A model generated the notes under the pieces. It was not told the origin of the DNA. It searched no databases and saw only the letters and a list, made by a program, of their open reading frames with translations. Positions 11,557-24,361 of a stretch of DNA of 64,000 nt are shown here, piece after piece (within the stretch, counting starts at the first letter, position 1; every line of letters starts with the position of its first letter). The translations under genes were made by a program, and so were the position numbers. The stretch is from an uncultured cyanobacterium (lineage in GTDB: Bacteria > Cyanobacteriota > Cyanobacteriia > Cyanobacteriales > CAWUOF01): the NCBI GenBank assembly GCA_963744145.1, contig CAVUSO010000001.1:3168001-3232000 (forward strand). Direction: 5' to 3'.

Positions 11557-12360
11557 GTGGAGATTAACTGGTTTACCTTCTTCGCGCAAATCCTCAACTT
11601 TTTTGTGTTGATCTTTGTGCTGCAACGTTTCCTATATAAACCGATTACCCAGGCAATGGCACGCCGCGAGAAGACCATTCGCGATCGCTTGTCATCAGCA
11701 GCTCAACAACAAGAAGAAGCTGAAAAAGAGGTCAAGCATAATCAGGAAATACAACAGAAATTCGCAGATCAAAAGACCGAATTGCTAACTCAAGCAAAAT
11801 CAGAAGTGGAGAAAACCCGCCAAAATTTGTTGAAAGAAATGCACGAGTCAGTAGCTAAAGAGCGATCGCAATGGCAAACCAATTTACAACAGCAAAAAGA
11901 TGCTTTTTTGCGCGAGGTGGGCGATCGCACGATGCAGGAATTACAGACAACTGTGCGACGAGTATTAACAGACTTAGCAGAGTCAGACCTAGAAACACAG
12001 ATTGCTAGGGTATTTTTGCAGAAGTTGCGCGATCTGACGGAAACAGAACGTGCCGATCTGACGACGGCTTTAACTACTTCGACAAAAGACAGCATTCCGT
12101 TGATATTAGTTAGTACATTTACCCTACCAACGGATATTGGTGCAGCGATCGCTCCTGTTTTGCAAGATTACTTCAACGCAGTAGGTTCAGCCAAAATCGA
12201 GCTAACTTATGAAATCCAATCTAGTCTAATTTGTGGGATCGAAATACGCGGTACAGGATACAAATTAGCGTGGAGTATAGACACTTACTTAAATACCATC
12301 ACCGAAAATTTAGTTACAGTTTTTGCTCAAGAAACGAATCAGAAATTAGAGGAAGCATGA
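11557..12360 (+). CDS. atpF: N-ATPase subunit b with delta-like extension
   Basis: GTG start [21 protein letters not shown]-terminal LICGIEI..GYKLAWS. Confidence 0.9.
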   Translation: MEINWFTFFAQILNFFVLIFVLQRFLYKPITQAMARREKTIRDRLSSAAQQQEEAEKEVKHNQEIQQKFADQKTELLTQAKSEVEKTRQNLLKEMHESVAKERSQWQTNLQQQKDAFLREVGDRTMQELQTTVRRVLTDLAESDLETQIARVFLQKLRDLTETERADLTTALTTSTKDSIPLILVSTFTLPTDIGAAIAPVLQDYFNAVGSAKIELTYEIQSSLICGIEIRGTGYKLAWSIDTYLNTITENLVTVFAQETNQKLEEA

Positions 12361-12361
12361 G

Positions 12362-13891
12362 GTGGAAAAAGAAGAAGCTTTACAAACAGTTTTACAAGAT
12401 ACTTTTGAAATTTATGATCGAGTTCTCGATCAGTATAAAGCGAAATTGCGATCGCAGGAGATCGGGATTGTCCAATCGATTGGGCAAGGAATTGCTCAAA
12501 TTATCGGTTTGCCCCATGTACAGTCAGAGGAAATTGTCCGTTTTACTGGTGGTAGCCTAGGATTAGTGTTTAACCTCGATCCTGAAGAAGTTGGGGTAGT
12601 TTTGCTCGATTCTAGCCAGCACCTCCAATCAGGTACGGAAGTGCAACGCACGGGTAAAATTCTTGATGTACCTGTAGGTGATGCACTGTTAGGAAGGGTG
12701 ATCGATCCTCTCGGTCGTCCCCTTGACGGCAAAGGCATAGTGCGAACCTCACAACGCTATCCCGCTGAACGTAATGCTCCTGCGATCATGGATCGTGCAT
12801 CCGTAAATGTACCATTGCAAACTGGAATTAAAGCGATCGATGCCTTAATTCCAATTGGACGCGGACAAAGAGAATTAATTTTAGGCGATCGCCAAACGGG
12901 TAAAAGCGGTCTTGCTCTTGATACAATCATCAATCAAAAAGGTAAAAATATTCTCTGTATCTATTGCGCGATCGGACAGCGTAGTGCAGCTGTTGCCAAG
13001 CTAATTGCCGACCTCAAGGAACATGAAGCAATGGCATACACAACAGTTGTGATGGCAGCAGGAGAAGAGGCACCAGGATTACAGTATATTGCTCCTTATG
13101 CTGCTACGGCAATGGCAGAATATTTTACAGATCAAGGGCGCGATGTACTAATAGTTTACGATGACCTCACCAACCATGCTCGCACCTACCGAGAAATCTC
13201 TCTCTTAATGCGTCGTCCACCTGGACGGGAAGCCTATCCAGGGGATATTTTTTATATTCACTCGCGCTTACTTGAACGCTCTACCCATTTCAACGCAAAA
13301 CGAGGTGGTGGTTCCTTAACTGCGCTACCAATTATCGAAACAGAAGCACAAAATATTGCTGCATATATCCCAACTAATCTAATTTCAATTACCGATGGAC
13401 AGATTTATCTTTCACCCAGTCTGTTTCAAAAGGGAGTATTACCTGCAATTGATGTTGGTAAGTCGGTTTCGCGGGTGGGTGGCAAAACCCAACTCCCTTC
13501 CTATCGCAGTGTTTCAGGGGATTTACGTCTTTCCTATTCTCAATTTGAAGAGCTAGAGTCTTTCTCTCGCTTTGGTACGCGCTTAGAAGAATCAACTCGG
13601 ATTACTTTAGAACGCGGACGAAGGGTGCGCGAGATTCTCAAACAAAAGCAATATGTACCCATGTCGGCTGCTGTACAAATAGCTGTGTTGCTTTCGGTGA
13701 CAACAGGGTTACTCGATCCCGTGCCGATCGCTAAAATTTCCCTAGCTGAACAAGCGATCGCCAAAGCCATATCTACTCAGTTAGCCGATCTTTGTTTGCA
13801 AATCGAAAGTGGAGTTGTATTGAATGATGCCGATCGCGATACCTTACTGAAAATTGCCAAAACAGCGATCGCTACCGTGATCAAGGAGTAG
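12362..13891 (+). CDS. atpA: N-ATPase subunit alpha
   Basis: [20 protein letters not shown] and SITDGQI motifs. Confidence 0.97.
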   Translation: MEKEEALQTVLQDTFEIYDRVLDQYKAKLRSQEIGIVQSIGQGIAQIIGLPHVQSEEIVRFTGGSLGLVFNLDPEEVGVVLLDSSQHLQSGTEVQRTGKILDVPVGDALLGRVIDPLGRPLDGKGIVRTSQRYPAERNAPAIMDRASVNVPLQTGIKAIDALIPIGRGQRELILGDRQTGKSGLALDTIINQKGKNILCIYCAIGQRSAAVAKLIADLKEHEAMAYTTVVMAAGEEAPGLQYIAPYAATAMAEYFTDQGRDVLIVYDDLTNHARTYREISLLMRRPPGREAYPGDIFYIHSRLLERSTHFNAKRGGGSLTALPIIETEAQNIAAYIPTNLISITDGQIYLSPSLFQKGVLPAIDVGKSVSRVGGKTQLPSYRSVSGDLRLSYSQFEELESFSRFGTRLEESTRITLERGRRVREILKQKQYVPMSAAVQIAVLLSVTTGLLDPVPIAKISLAEQAIAKAISTQLADLCLQIESGVVLNDADRDTLLKIAKTAIATVIKE

Positions 13892-13893
13892 CT

Positions 13894-14904
13894 ATGTCAT
13901 CCATTGAGCTTCTCCAACATCAAATCCATACTGCCCAAGACCTCCAATCTGTGGTGAAAATGATGAAAGTATTAGCGGCGTTAAATATCCACCAATATGA
14001 ACAAGCAGTTACATCTCTTGCTGAGTATAATCATACTATCGAAATGGGTTTGCACGTTGTCCTAAAAGCAGCACATAATTATGATGCTTCTACTCAAGAT
14101 GTTAACAATAATCGCTTCACAACCTATCCACAATCCCTTGCAACGGATCTTGGTCGTTGCGGTGTAATTATCTTTGGCTCTGAGCAAGGGATGTGTGGTC
14201 AATTTAATGAACAGATTAGCCACTATGCGATCGCTGAATTAGAAAAATTGAAGATATCACCCGAAAATCTAGCGATTTTCGCCATCGGAGCGAGACTTAT
14301 CCCCCATTTAGAAACCACAGGCTATGCGATCGAGCAAACTTTCAATATGCCTAGTTCATTAACTGGAATCACGTCAATGGTTCAAGAGATTTTACTGCAC
14401 ATTGACACCTGGCGCGATCGCGGTTCGACTCCGCTCACCGACCGCGGTTCGACTCCGCTCACCGACCACGGTTCGACTCCGCTCACCGACCACGGTTCGA
14501 CTCCGCTCACCGATCGCCAGCAAATTACCCAAATTCTTTTGTTTTACAACCAATTACATTCCAATACGTTATCTGATCCGTACAAACTGCAACTGTTGCC
14601 ACTTGATCACATATGGTTAGAACATATTGAAAATCTAGCATTGAAATCGCGGACTCTACCCACTTTTACAACGCCGAGGGATGTTTTAGTTGCGTCTCTA
14701 TTACAACAATATTTCTTTATCTCGCTCTATCGCGCTTTTGGTGAGTCCCTTGCTAGTGAAAATGCTAGTCGTCTTGCTTCTATGCAAGTAGCCGAAAAAA
14801 ACATCGAAGATCGGATCACAGAGTTTACTGGTCAATTTCAGCAACAACGCCAAACTGCAATTACAGATGAATTGTTAGAAATTATTTCAGCATTTGAGCT
14901 GTAG
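13894..14904 (+). CDS. atpG: N-ATPase subunit gamma with a 32-aa repeat insertion
   Basis: GSEQGMCGQFN, SENASRLASM and RQTAITDELLEII motifs. Confidence 0.95.
   Translation: MSSIELLQHQIHTAQDLQSVVKMMKVLAALNIHQYEQAVTSLAEYNHTIEMGLHVVLKAAHNYDASTQDVNNNRFTTYPQSLATDLGRCGVIIFGSEQGMCGQFNEQISHYAIAELEKLKISPENLAIFAIGARLIPHLETTGYAIEQTFNMPSSLTGITSMVQEILLHIDTWRDRGSTPLTDRGSTPLTDHGSTPLTDHGSTPLTDRQQITQILLFYNQLHSNTLSDPYKLQLLPLDHIWLEHIENLALKSRTLPTFTTPRDVLVASLLQQYFFISLYRAFGESLASENASRLASMQVAEKNIEDRITEFTGQFQQQRQTAITDELLEIISAFEL
14416..14517 (+). repeat. 4 x 24-bp in-frame tandem repeat inside atpG at a HIP1 site
   Basis: Unit GA(T/C)C(G/A)CGGTTCGACTCCGCTCACC x4 followed by GATCGC; encodes (D[R/H]GSTPLT)4. Confidence 0.97.
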
Positions 14905-14914
14905 ATGATTGATC

Positions 14915-15107
14915 TGTGGGTGGGGGCGGGTTTTTAGAATTAGTTGCTAGAGCTGCAAGTTACTGGTGAACCCGTCCCTACCATGATGGCCAAATTGAAG
15001 ATCAAATTAATCCTCACATAGTTGATCAAATTTGTAGGGGCAGGTTCACCGATAAATTTGGTTACCAACAGATAACTATTATAAACCTGCCCCGGCCTCA
15101 CAGATCA
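14915..15107. repeat. Two REP-like palindromic elements between atpG and atpD
   Basis: GGGGCGGGTT...AACCCGTCCCTAC and GTAGGGGCAGGTT...AACCTGCCCC; the first recurs at 18646-18717. Confidence 0.75.
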
Positions 15108-15254
15108 GACTCAAATTAACTGCAATTTCATAGTTAATTGGGATAACTGAGATATAAAAATCGATAATTTATATATAACTCTGTGCTTCTGCGGTTCGTT
15201 CAAAAAATCCTGTTCACAAACAAAATATACTCGCTATACATAGGTCAACTTTAA

Positions 15255-17094
<1,840 letters not shown>

Positions 17095-17095
<1 letters not shown>

Positions 17096-17466
17096 TGAAA
17101 ACTCCACTCTCTCCCTCCCGTAAGTCGCGATTACAAACGGATCGCTTTCAATTGGCGATCGCTAATAAAGAACGTCGCAAACTTTATGCTCGTCAAGCAA
17201 AACCTTATGGTGGTGTTTGGTTTGGTTTGGGTTTTGCAGGTTTAATCGGTTGGTCAGTTGTCGTACCTACTTTGTTAGGAATGGCACTAGGGATCTGGAT
17301 CGATTCCCAATTTCCCAGTCAGTTCTCATGGACATTAGCTCTAATTCTGGCAGGTTTAACCATTGGTTGTTTGATTGCATGGGAATGGGTATCGCAGGAA
17401 CAGCAACGCATGGCAAAAGCTCAACCACCCAATGATTCCTCTGAATCTCCAACTATTAAGAAGTAG
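17095..17466 (+). CDS. atpQ: N-ATPase AtpQ (AtpZ/AtpI family)
   Basis: WFGLGFAGLIGWSVVVPTLLG...WID...SWTL...GC..AW.W pattern. Confidence 0.88.
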
Positions 17467-17563
17467 TCATTTTTATAAATTAGTCTTGTCATGAGTAGGC
17501 GATCGCATCCTGATGCTCAACTTGATGATAAAATTCGATGAAATATCAGGTGCTAAAATCTCA

Positions 17564-18497
17564 ATGACACGACAGCCTCACGACCAATTTGCCAAACAGT
17601 ATTTAGCCGAACTACTTGCACCATTAGGGGAGGTTAACATCAGCCGCGAAGTCAGTGGCGAAGTTCGCCAAATCGATGTCTGGTTTGCCCCCGCATCCCC
17701 ACCTACTGCTGATCAAAAAATCTTAGGATTACTAGGTAGAATAGTCACAACGCCCTGTTTGTTGGAACCTTTTCGCAATCAACCCAGCAAAACAGAGATT
17801 CGCAACTGTATCCTCAAACTATTTTCCCTACAAAGCGAATTGCAGTCGGCAAGCTAGACGAGTGGAAGATCCGGTGATGGAAAATGAGTTACCTCAATTG
17901 TGGATTTTGGCAACTTCGGCTTCAACTACCCTACTCGATAGTTTTCGATTTAAACTAGAGTCAGATAATTGGTGTTCAGGAGTTTACTTTCTAGGGGAGG
18001 CAATGAAAACCGCAATTGTGGCGATTAACCAATTGCCAACTACACCAGATACCCTATGGCTGAGAATGCTTGGCAAAGGGACAACTCAGCAGCAAGCGAT
18101 TGAAGAAATTATTGCACTCCCAGAAACAAATCCCTTACGCACTAATATTTTGGCCCTGGTTTCTACCTGGCGAGTTAATCTACAAACCAAACAAGATTTA
18201 ACCGAAGAAGATCGGGAGTTAATTATGAATTTAACACCAGCATATATCCAATGGCGAGAAGAAACTCTGCTACAAGGACGGCAGGAAGGACGGCAGGAAG
18301 GACGCTTTGAAGAACGGCGGATTCTTGTAGAAAATTTGTTAATAGCCAAATTCGGCTCTATTGATGAGCGACTGTCAGAAGTGATTCAACCAATAATTGA
18401 ATTACCGCCACAAGAATTAACTCGAATCATGCTTAACTTATCAAATCTATCTCACGCAGATTTGTTAGCTAGGTTTGAAAATAGGGAGCATCAATAA
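17564..18497 (+). pseudogene. Rpn-like/PD-(D/E)XK cyanobacterial protein with a 1-bp insertion
   Basis: MTRQPHDQFAKQY...RQIDVWF...LLEPFRN; removing the T at about 17846 reads QRQARRVEDP into ORF 17862-18497; QEGR repeats near the C-terminus. Confidence 0.75.
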
Positions 18498-18645
18498 TCA
18501 ATAGTAAAGTACACCCATTCCCCAGGACAGGGCAATGCCATGTCCCTACTTTACACCTTAATTTTACCTCGGTAAATCTATTGGCCGATCGCCATCAATC
18601 CTCATTATATCGTTAAATATAAGATGGAACTGTTGACGATTGATA

Positions 18646-18717
18646 TGTGGGTGGGGGCGGGCTTTTCTAATTAGTTGGTAAAGCCGCGAGTTACTGATGA
18701 CCCCGTCCCTACCATGA
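18646..18717. repeat. REP-like element, copy of 14915-14986
   Basis: TGTGGGTGGGGGCGGG...CCCGTCCCTACCATGA at both loci. Confidence 0.8.
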
Positions 18718-18948
18718 AGATCAAATTCATCCGAAAATATGTCATCAAAAAAGAGAATTATGCTAATACTTGTAATTATTACGACAGATAGTCTATATAT
18801 GAGGTGTAGTGCCAATTTATGAAACTGATATTTTTCTCCAAAAAAGATTAGAAAAATATATTGGTGCTATTTGATATTTTATCCACCAGTATAATTATTA
18901 TCTAGCAGTATAAGCTAAACAATAGGTAATTTGTGTATTTTTAACATT

Positions 18949-20365
18949 TTAGAGAATACCATGACGTGCAAATAGTTTTTCAAAGAAATCGACAATAGTT
19001 GTACTAATAGTATCTTTTGTAAACTCTTCACCTCCAAAACGATATATTTCATAACCGAGAAGTCTAATTCTTCGATCCTCAGCAACCATTTTAGCATAGA
19101 GTTCTGGTGAAGCAAATTTGTTTTTAGAATAATGATGAATGCCATCAATTTCTATAATAACTCGACTTCTATTGCGAAGAAGTATGAGAAAATCCAGCCG
19201 TTGTCTAAAAAGTATTGGTTCTGTGCGATCCTTCTGATTAATGGGATCATAATGTAGGTAAATCTGTGGCAATAATGCTGGGAGGTTATCGTGCAAACGT
19301 CGAAAAAAATTATGAAAATAGGTAGAAAAAAACAATTGTTCAGGGGTTTTTTTGTCTTCTTGTTCAGAATCTTGTTTTGCGAGAGAATCATACAATCGCA
19401 TTCCAAGCTCATTCCTCATCTCCTGATCTATGGAGTTTAGTCCTTTAAGTCTACGCTCACCACTCTAAAAGCATTCCCCAAGTAAGATCATCATTAGTCG
19501 GAGGCTGATCATAAACTAGACTATCCCTATTATTATTATCGGCAAAACTAATATCCATATTCACTGTATCAGTAATTAAAATATCAGGTTTAAGTCCAGT
19601 GGATGCAAAAATTATGTATTTGGGTGTCCCCGATACTCCTGTTGATCTTTTCCGGACTTTATATATAGGAAGTCCTCCTTGTTTACCTTCTTCACATAAT
19701 TCAAAGTCATTCTGTTTAAGCAACGCATTAATTAGTGTTATAAGATGTTGTTGGTCTGATGATGTTTGAATTTCTGGATGGACGATACGCTCAATTAATA
19801 AGCAAAAGCGTTGGTCTGGCCATTCAGATAAATTTAGTAGATTAAAAAGTTCTGTAACTGATAGTATTTTCCTTGAGGTATATGATTCTTGATATATATT
19901 TCCATCAGAATCAGTCTTCATATTGTAATATAAACTTGTATTAGGAATAACCAAATTAAAAATATCTCTAAGTGTTGATCTTCCCCAAAATTTAACTCCT
20001 TTTAAATTTTCCACAATCCTGATTCGCGTAACATTGTCAATATGCCGAACACCCTTATTTTCTATCCACCAAAGATTATCTTGAATATCTTGGATATCAT
20101 TGTCTGATAATTTATTACTCTTGATGCTTGGATAAGATTCAATCATTTTTTTAGCAGCATTAATGATAACTTCATTACTAGCATTATTTGTTATTTTAGT
20201 AAGGTATTTCTGTTTGCCCAAATTGCCTTTTTCGACATCTGGTAATCCAAGAGCATTTTTGACATTATCAAGAGTATTCCAAGTTTCTAAATTTGAAATA
20301 ATCATAACAATTTTGGAACGGAGATTATCAAATGCTTGCTGTATATCAACCATAGATATAACCAA
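18949..20365 (-). pseudogene. AbiJ-N-terminal-domain plus DUF559-like nuclease, putative defence protein, split by a 1-bp insertion
   Basis: RIVHP...KYIIFAS..KPD...LVYD..LTW in the first ORF; LLPQIYLHYDP, QRLDFL, IEIDGIHHY and DRRIRLLGYEIYRF in the second. TGG TGA G corrected to TGG TGG restores one frame. Confidence 0.7.
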
Positions 20366-20691
20366 TTTGCGACTAGAAAAATGAAATCAAAAACAAAAGC
20401 ATTATAGCTCAAATCTTAAGTATCTGGTTATGACTGTTTTTCAGCCCTTTTTCTAGCTCTATACTCGCGTTATTTTGCGGCTAGATAGGATTTTCACACG
20501 TCAGTATAACGGTTAGTAGCTCTAAGGGCTTTTAAGATACTTATCCGGTTGATTAGTTTTGTAAGACTCTTCAGACTAAATCAGCAAGTCTAGCAAGTAG
20601 GGAGAATGCAAAATATTTCCCTACTCTGGATACCAGACAAGAAGTTTCCATTTAGCTAATTGCCCAGGTTGATAGGATAATCAGCTTATGA

Positions 20692-20901
20692 CTAGGTATT
20701 AACCTCAGAAACAATCCAATCTTCGGGGACTGAAATTTGCCCTCTACCATCATCAGAAAGTAATAAATAGGTATAGCCATTGCCATTAGGGATGTGGTGG
20801 ACTATTTTCCCATATTGTAGTTTTTTATCTGGATCAGTAGCGTCGATATAGGATATCAGGCTATATTCAGCGAATTTTGGTTGCATTTGAGGCATTCTCA
20901 A
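20692..20901 (-). CDS. Small hypothetical protein
   Basis: 69-aa ORF with protein-like composition; no motif recognised. Confidence 0.4.
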   Translation of the reverse strand: MRMPQMQPKFAEYSLISYIDATDPDKKLQYGKIVHHIPNGNGYTYLLLSDDGRGQISVPEDWIVSEVNT

Positions 20902-21037
20902 ATAAATGAATAATTTATTATATAATACAGCCGCACGATCAACATACTACAGTCAAGAAAAATGATTTGCTGGCGATCACATGACCAATTAGTCCAGCTT
21001 AGTTTTTGCACTGTCCAGATAACGACTACGCGATCAC

Positions 21038-21410
21038 CTAAACCAAACCAGCAATTAACCCAGATATCTCAAGCTGGTGCTGTTGCCGATTGTCATCATA
21101 AATTAGCAATGTGTCTGTCTGTTTATGTCGTGAAAAATTTCTGGACTCTGCGAATATCACCATTAGTAGAATCGAGTGCAGCGGCGATAGATGAGTGTCT
21201 GATTCTGTGTGGACTCATCAGTTTCTTAATCCCAGCTTTCCCACAGCATTTCAACATAATTAATCATAGACTCACCGTAATCTCAGGGTTGCATGGTCGC
21301 GTTTACCTGCTAGAGTATCGCAATCGCAAATCGCAACAACCAGCAAGAACTTTCTTGAAACGTTCAACATCGATGCCAGTCGGATCTCGGTAACGCTCTA
21401 CTTTCTCACT
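21038..21410 (-). pseudogene. Tyrosine recombinase remnant A
   Basis: Manual translation: EKVERYRDPTGIDVERFKKVL ... KAGIKKLMSPHRIRHSSIAAALDSTNGDIRRVQKF[frameshift]SRHKQTDTLLIYDDNR...LIAGLV*, with catalytic HxxR, H and Y. Confidence 0.85.
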
Positions 21411-21606
21411 GGCGATCGCAGTAAAAATTAGTTGATGATTCTCATAGCACATTTTATAGATATAAATTGTAATTAATGGGATCACTTATCAATCAACAAC
21501 GTTGAGGTATAACTTCCCCAATACACTGGACTCAAATAACCTTTTACAAATCGATTACAAGTTGGATACATTCTGGGATATTAAGATTGTTAGGCGTCAT
21601 GATTAT

Positions 21607-23088
21607 TCAAGGTAGTATCTTAATGCAGTCACCAATGATCTTGTTCATCTGACTAGCCTTTGAGAAGTATTCCAATCTATGATTTCGACTAATTTTAGTT
21701 GCTCCACGAGTCCCTACTGCCGCTGCCCACGCCAGCCAATCTGATTTACCATTACGAAGATGTTCATCTCGTAATTCAATCATGCCAAATCTTTTTTCAG
21801 GTATCTCTAAAATTTTGGCACGAGATATTAAAGTTGCATTTGAATGCTCATAAAGCTCGAGCAAAATATTTGGGTAATAATGGATATCAGAGAGATAATC
21901 TTCTGCAAGTTTAGCCATCCAGAAAAGCTGATATTCAGTGATATTCTGACCATTTTTAATAAAATCGAGAATTAGAAATGCAAGGGATTCTTTATCATCC
22001 ACATATCGGGAAAAATGGTATATGTTCTTACTTAAACTTGGAAATCGGTTCAGAAAAATCTGCATTTGCTCGAGAACCTGAGTTCCATTGTCTCGAAGTA
22101 GTACCAGAATCAATTCTGCATCCGATTCATCAATATCAGGGTCTTTGAGTAGATTTAGTAAGTACTCAATTTGTTCAGGAGTCAGATTATCGTAATATTC
22201 TTCTTGCGGAAAGTTAATTTCTCCATAGGTTTCAACAATTGTTCGCCGAATCCTCAGTAAATCAGCCTTTATTTTGACAACTTCCTTTGCTACATCAATT
22301 TCATTCACCTTACCAATGATGGTCTTTGTAGGGTTTAATGAAAGTCCTTTGTCACCAAGTAACCGTTGAATAGTAAGAAAATCATCAATTAGCACACTTT
22401 CTTCATCGGAAAAGAGATAGAAATCATCCATAAATCGAAGCAGTAAGCTACATCGTAGTTTCATAGAGTTATCAATAAATTTCAAAAATTCTGCACCGAT
22501 CATCTTACAAGAATGAATACCTTGAGGTAAACAATCTATTGAAATTCCTGCATTTGCTTGTCTAAGAAATTGTCCAAGATAGCTAACATCATTTTCCGGT
22601 GCATCAATGTCACTGAACCAACTAACAATATCATGATGATATAATGAGTTGAAATAGGTAGCTATATCAAATTTAAGAGCAAATTTATATCTTTTTTTTG
22701 CAGAAGCAATATGTTTTTTGAAATCTTCATAGCTTCTAGATGAAGGTATGGGTTTTCCCTTCTCAAATTGATAACCAAAGCTACGCCGAGTCTTTTGAAA
22801 ATCTTTTCTAAAGAGGTTTCGATTTCTATAAATAATATCGTAAATAAATAACTCAGCAATAGGATCAAGTTTTACTGTTCGACGCAAATGAAAGCCCTGC
22901 TTTGAAGCATAACACCTAGTTTGTGATAAAAAAGAGTGTTGAGTATTTTTTATATCTAGCACTTTTTCATAGACATATTGAAGAGTTTCTTTTCCATGAT
23001 TCTCTGCAATCACTTTTGTAGTTGAGAGTGGAAATAGAGTTTTAGGATAGTCGTCTATAATATACTGAATACTTGTATAGTTGTTCAT
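21607..23088 (-). CDS. drt5: Defence-associated reverse transcriptase, most like DRT type 5
   Basis: KFDIATYFNS, LPQG and RFMDD RT motifs; N-terminal TLFPL and HLRRTVKLDP.AE; helical C-terminus; 493 aa. Subtype assigned from recalled similarity only. Confidence 0.7.
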   Translation of the reverse strand: MNNYTSIQYIIDDYPKTLFPLSTTKVIAENHGKETLQYVYEKVLDIKNTQHSFLSQTRCYASKQGFHLRRTVKLDPIAELFIYDIIYRNRNLFRKDFQKTRRSFGYQFEKGKPIPSSRSYEDFKKHIASAKKRYKFALKFDIATYFNSLYHHDIVSWFSDIDAPENDVSYLGQFLRQANAGISIDCLPQGIHSCKMIGAEFLKFIDNSMKLRCSLLLRFMDDFYLFSDEESVLIDDFLTIQRLLGDKGLSLNPTKTIIGKVNEIDVAKEVVKIKADLLRIRRTIVETYGEINFPQEEYYDNLTPEQIEYLLNLLKDPDIDESDAELILVLLRDNGTQVLEQMQIFLNRFPSLSKNIYHFSRYVDDKESLAFLILDFIKNGQNITEYQLFWMAKLAEDYLSDIHYYPNILLELYEHSNATLISRAKILEIPEKRFGMIELRDEHLRNGKSDWLAWAAAVGTRGATKISRNHRLEYFSKASQMNKIIGDCIKILP

Positions 23089-23144
23089 GTTTCAGAATAT
23101 AAAAGTAAAATCTGTTGTCCTTGAGGAACTGGCTAGGCAGCATC

Positions 23145-23360
23145 TCAGTTTTGCAAAAACACTGCATAGGGAAAACTACGCAAGTTTGGTACTAAATAAG
23201 CACGACTACGACCAATCTTGGGATTGATAGCTAGTTTTTCCATACACCCATGTAAATTTCTGATCAATGTGATCGCTCGCTCAAAATTATCCACAGCGAT
23301 GTAGTCAAAAATATCAGTCAGGTCGGTAAAAGCCTGTGGTCTAATAATTACCTTGACCAT
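23145..23360 (-). pseudogene. parE: ParE/RelE toxin, C-terminally truncated
   Basis: AFTDLTDIFDYIA...NPKIGRSR...LRSFPY, then an early stop; final strands missing. Confidence 0.85.
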
Positions 23361-23620
23361 TTAATTAGCCTTTGTCTGTTGAGTATAGCGTTGTCTGCCT
23401 CGCTCAATAAAATCTTCAACATCAAAAGGCTGAGGTTCACCGCTGTCAATACCAGCTTGGACCTGCACTCGTAATTCATTCAGGCGGATCTGCTTTAAAG
23501 CATCGTGATCTTTCAGAAGCCTTAGCCCTTCTCGGATGACTTCACTAGCGGAGTTATAATATCCGCTTGCTACCTTGTCGGCTATATACTTTTCTAATTC
23601 TGGTTGAGTGAAACATTCAT
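23361..23620 (-). pseudogene. parD: ParD (RHH) antitoxin, frameshifted after codon 5
   Basis: MNVSL[frameshift]PELEKYIADKVASGYYNSASEVIREGLRLL...GIDSG; its stop abuts the parE ATG. Not in the ORF track. Confidence 0.88.
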
Positions 23621-23727
23621 AGATTCTTGCTCCTGTGCATCTACTTTTATTTTACATTGAATAACCAGAAATAGCAATATTTGTTATTCTCCTAAACCGA
23701 CTCAGCAATCAAACTATTTTTATATTG

Positions 23728-23755
23728 CAACACTGCCGCGATCGCGGCAGTGTTG
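23728..23755. repeat. Perfect 28-bp palindrome centred on HIP1
   Basis: CAACACTGCCGCGATCGCGGCAGTGTTG. Confidence 0.95.
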
Positions 23756-23962
23756 ATTCAAGGCTCAGAACCGAGCGATCGCTTCACTCCTGGGGTCACC
23801 ACTTTCTACCCGTCTGCGGACTCGTGCGATCACAACTATCCCCAACATCCAGATAACCACTTTTCAAGAAATCAAGTAATTCCAAATATCCAGACCAAAA
23901 CTGGATAGCATAGGTCACCATCAGCCTACTCTGAACACTTATCAACCGGATAAAATTGAGCC

Positions 23963-24361
23963 ATGACTAAAATCAATAAAAATACTATAGATTCGGTTCG
24001 TGATCTATTTATTAGAGGGACTCGATATATTAGTGGTATAAAATTAAAAGTAGCGCAATTAGTCTCTGGTATTGAAACACAGCGACTAGCCCGCAATTAT
24101 CAAGTAGAACGGGTGTTGCGTTGGTATGAAAAACAGGGTGACGCGCTAGTTGGCGAAAAAGTGTTGAGTAACATAGAATTGTCCGAACTTCAACAACTAT
24201 TTGATCAACCATTAGATAATTTGATGTATGAGTGTTATTTGGTGACAGACGAGCAAGTGAATTATCTTCAGGAAAGGCTAAACCAAACCTTTGATCTGCA
24301 ATCCTATGAATATTTTGTAGACTGTGATGTAGTATGCGAGCTAAACCAACCCAGCAATTAA
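23963..24361 (+). CDS. Small protein with a colicin E3 immunity-like C-terminal domain
   Basis: LRWYEK...GE...CYLV...YLQ..LNQTFDL..YEYFV pattern; start uncertain. Confidence 0.55.
   Translation: MTKINKNTIDSVRDLFIRGTRYISGIKLKVAQLVSGIETQRLARNYQVERVLRWYEKQGDALVGEKVLSNIELSELQQLFDQPLDNLMYECYLVTDEQVNYLQERLNQTFDLQSYEYFVDCDVVCELNQPSN

Noticed and set aside
14416..14517. CRISPR array
   Set aside because: Units are contiguous with no unique spacers, lie in frame within atpG, and no cas genes are present.
20962..21393. 143-aa plus-strand ORF
   Set aside because: Antisense shadow of integrase remnant A.
21507..21595. attC-like site after the RT stop (GCCTAAC...GTTATAC on the minus strand)
   Set aside because: Inner boxes pair poorly, there is no matching core before the RT, and no IntI-type integrase is visible.
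23089..23145. Retron msr/msd or DRT ncRNA upstream of the RT
   Set aside because: Only about 56 bp, with no convincing inverted repeats; the RT lacks the retron VTG motif.
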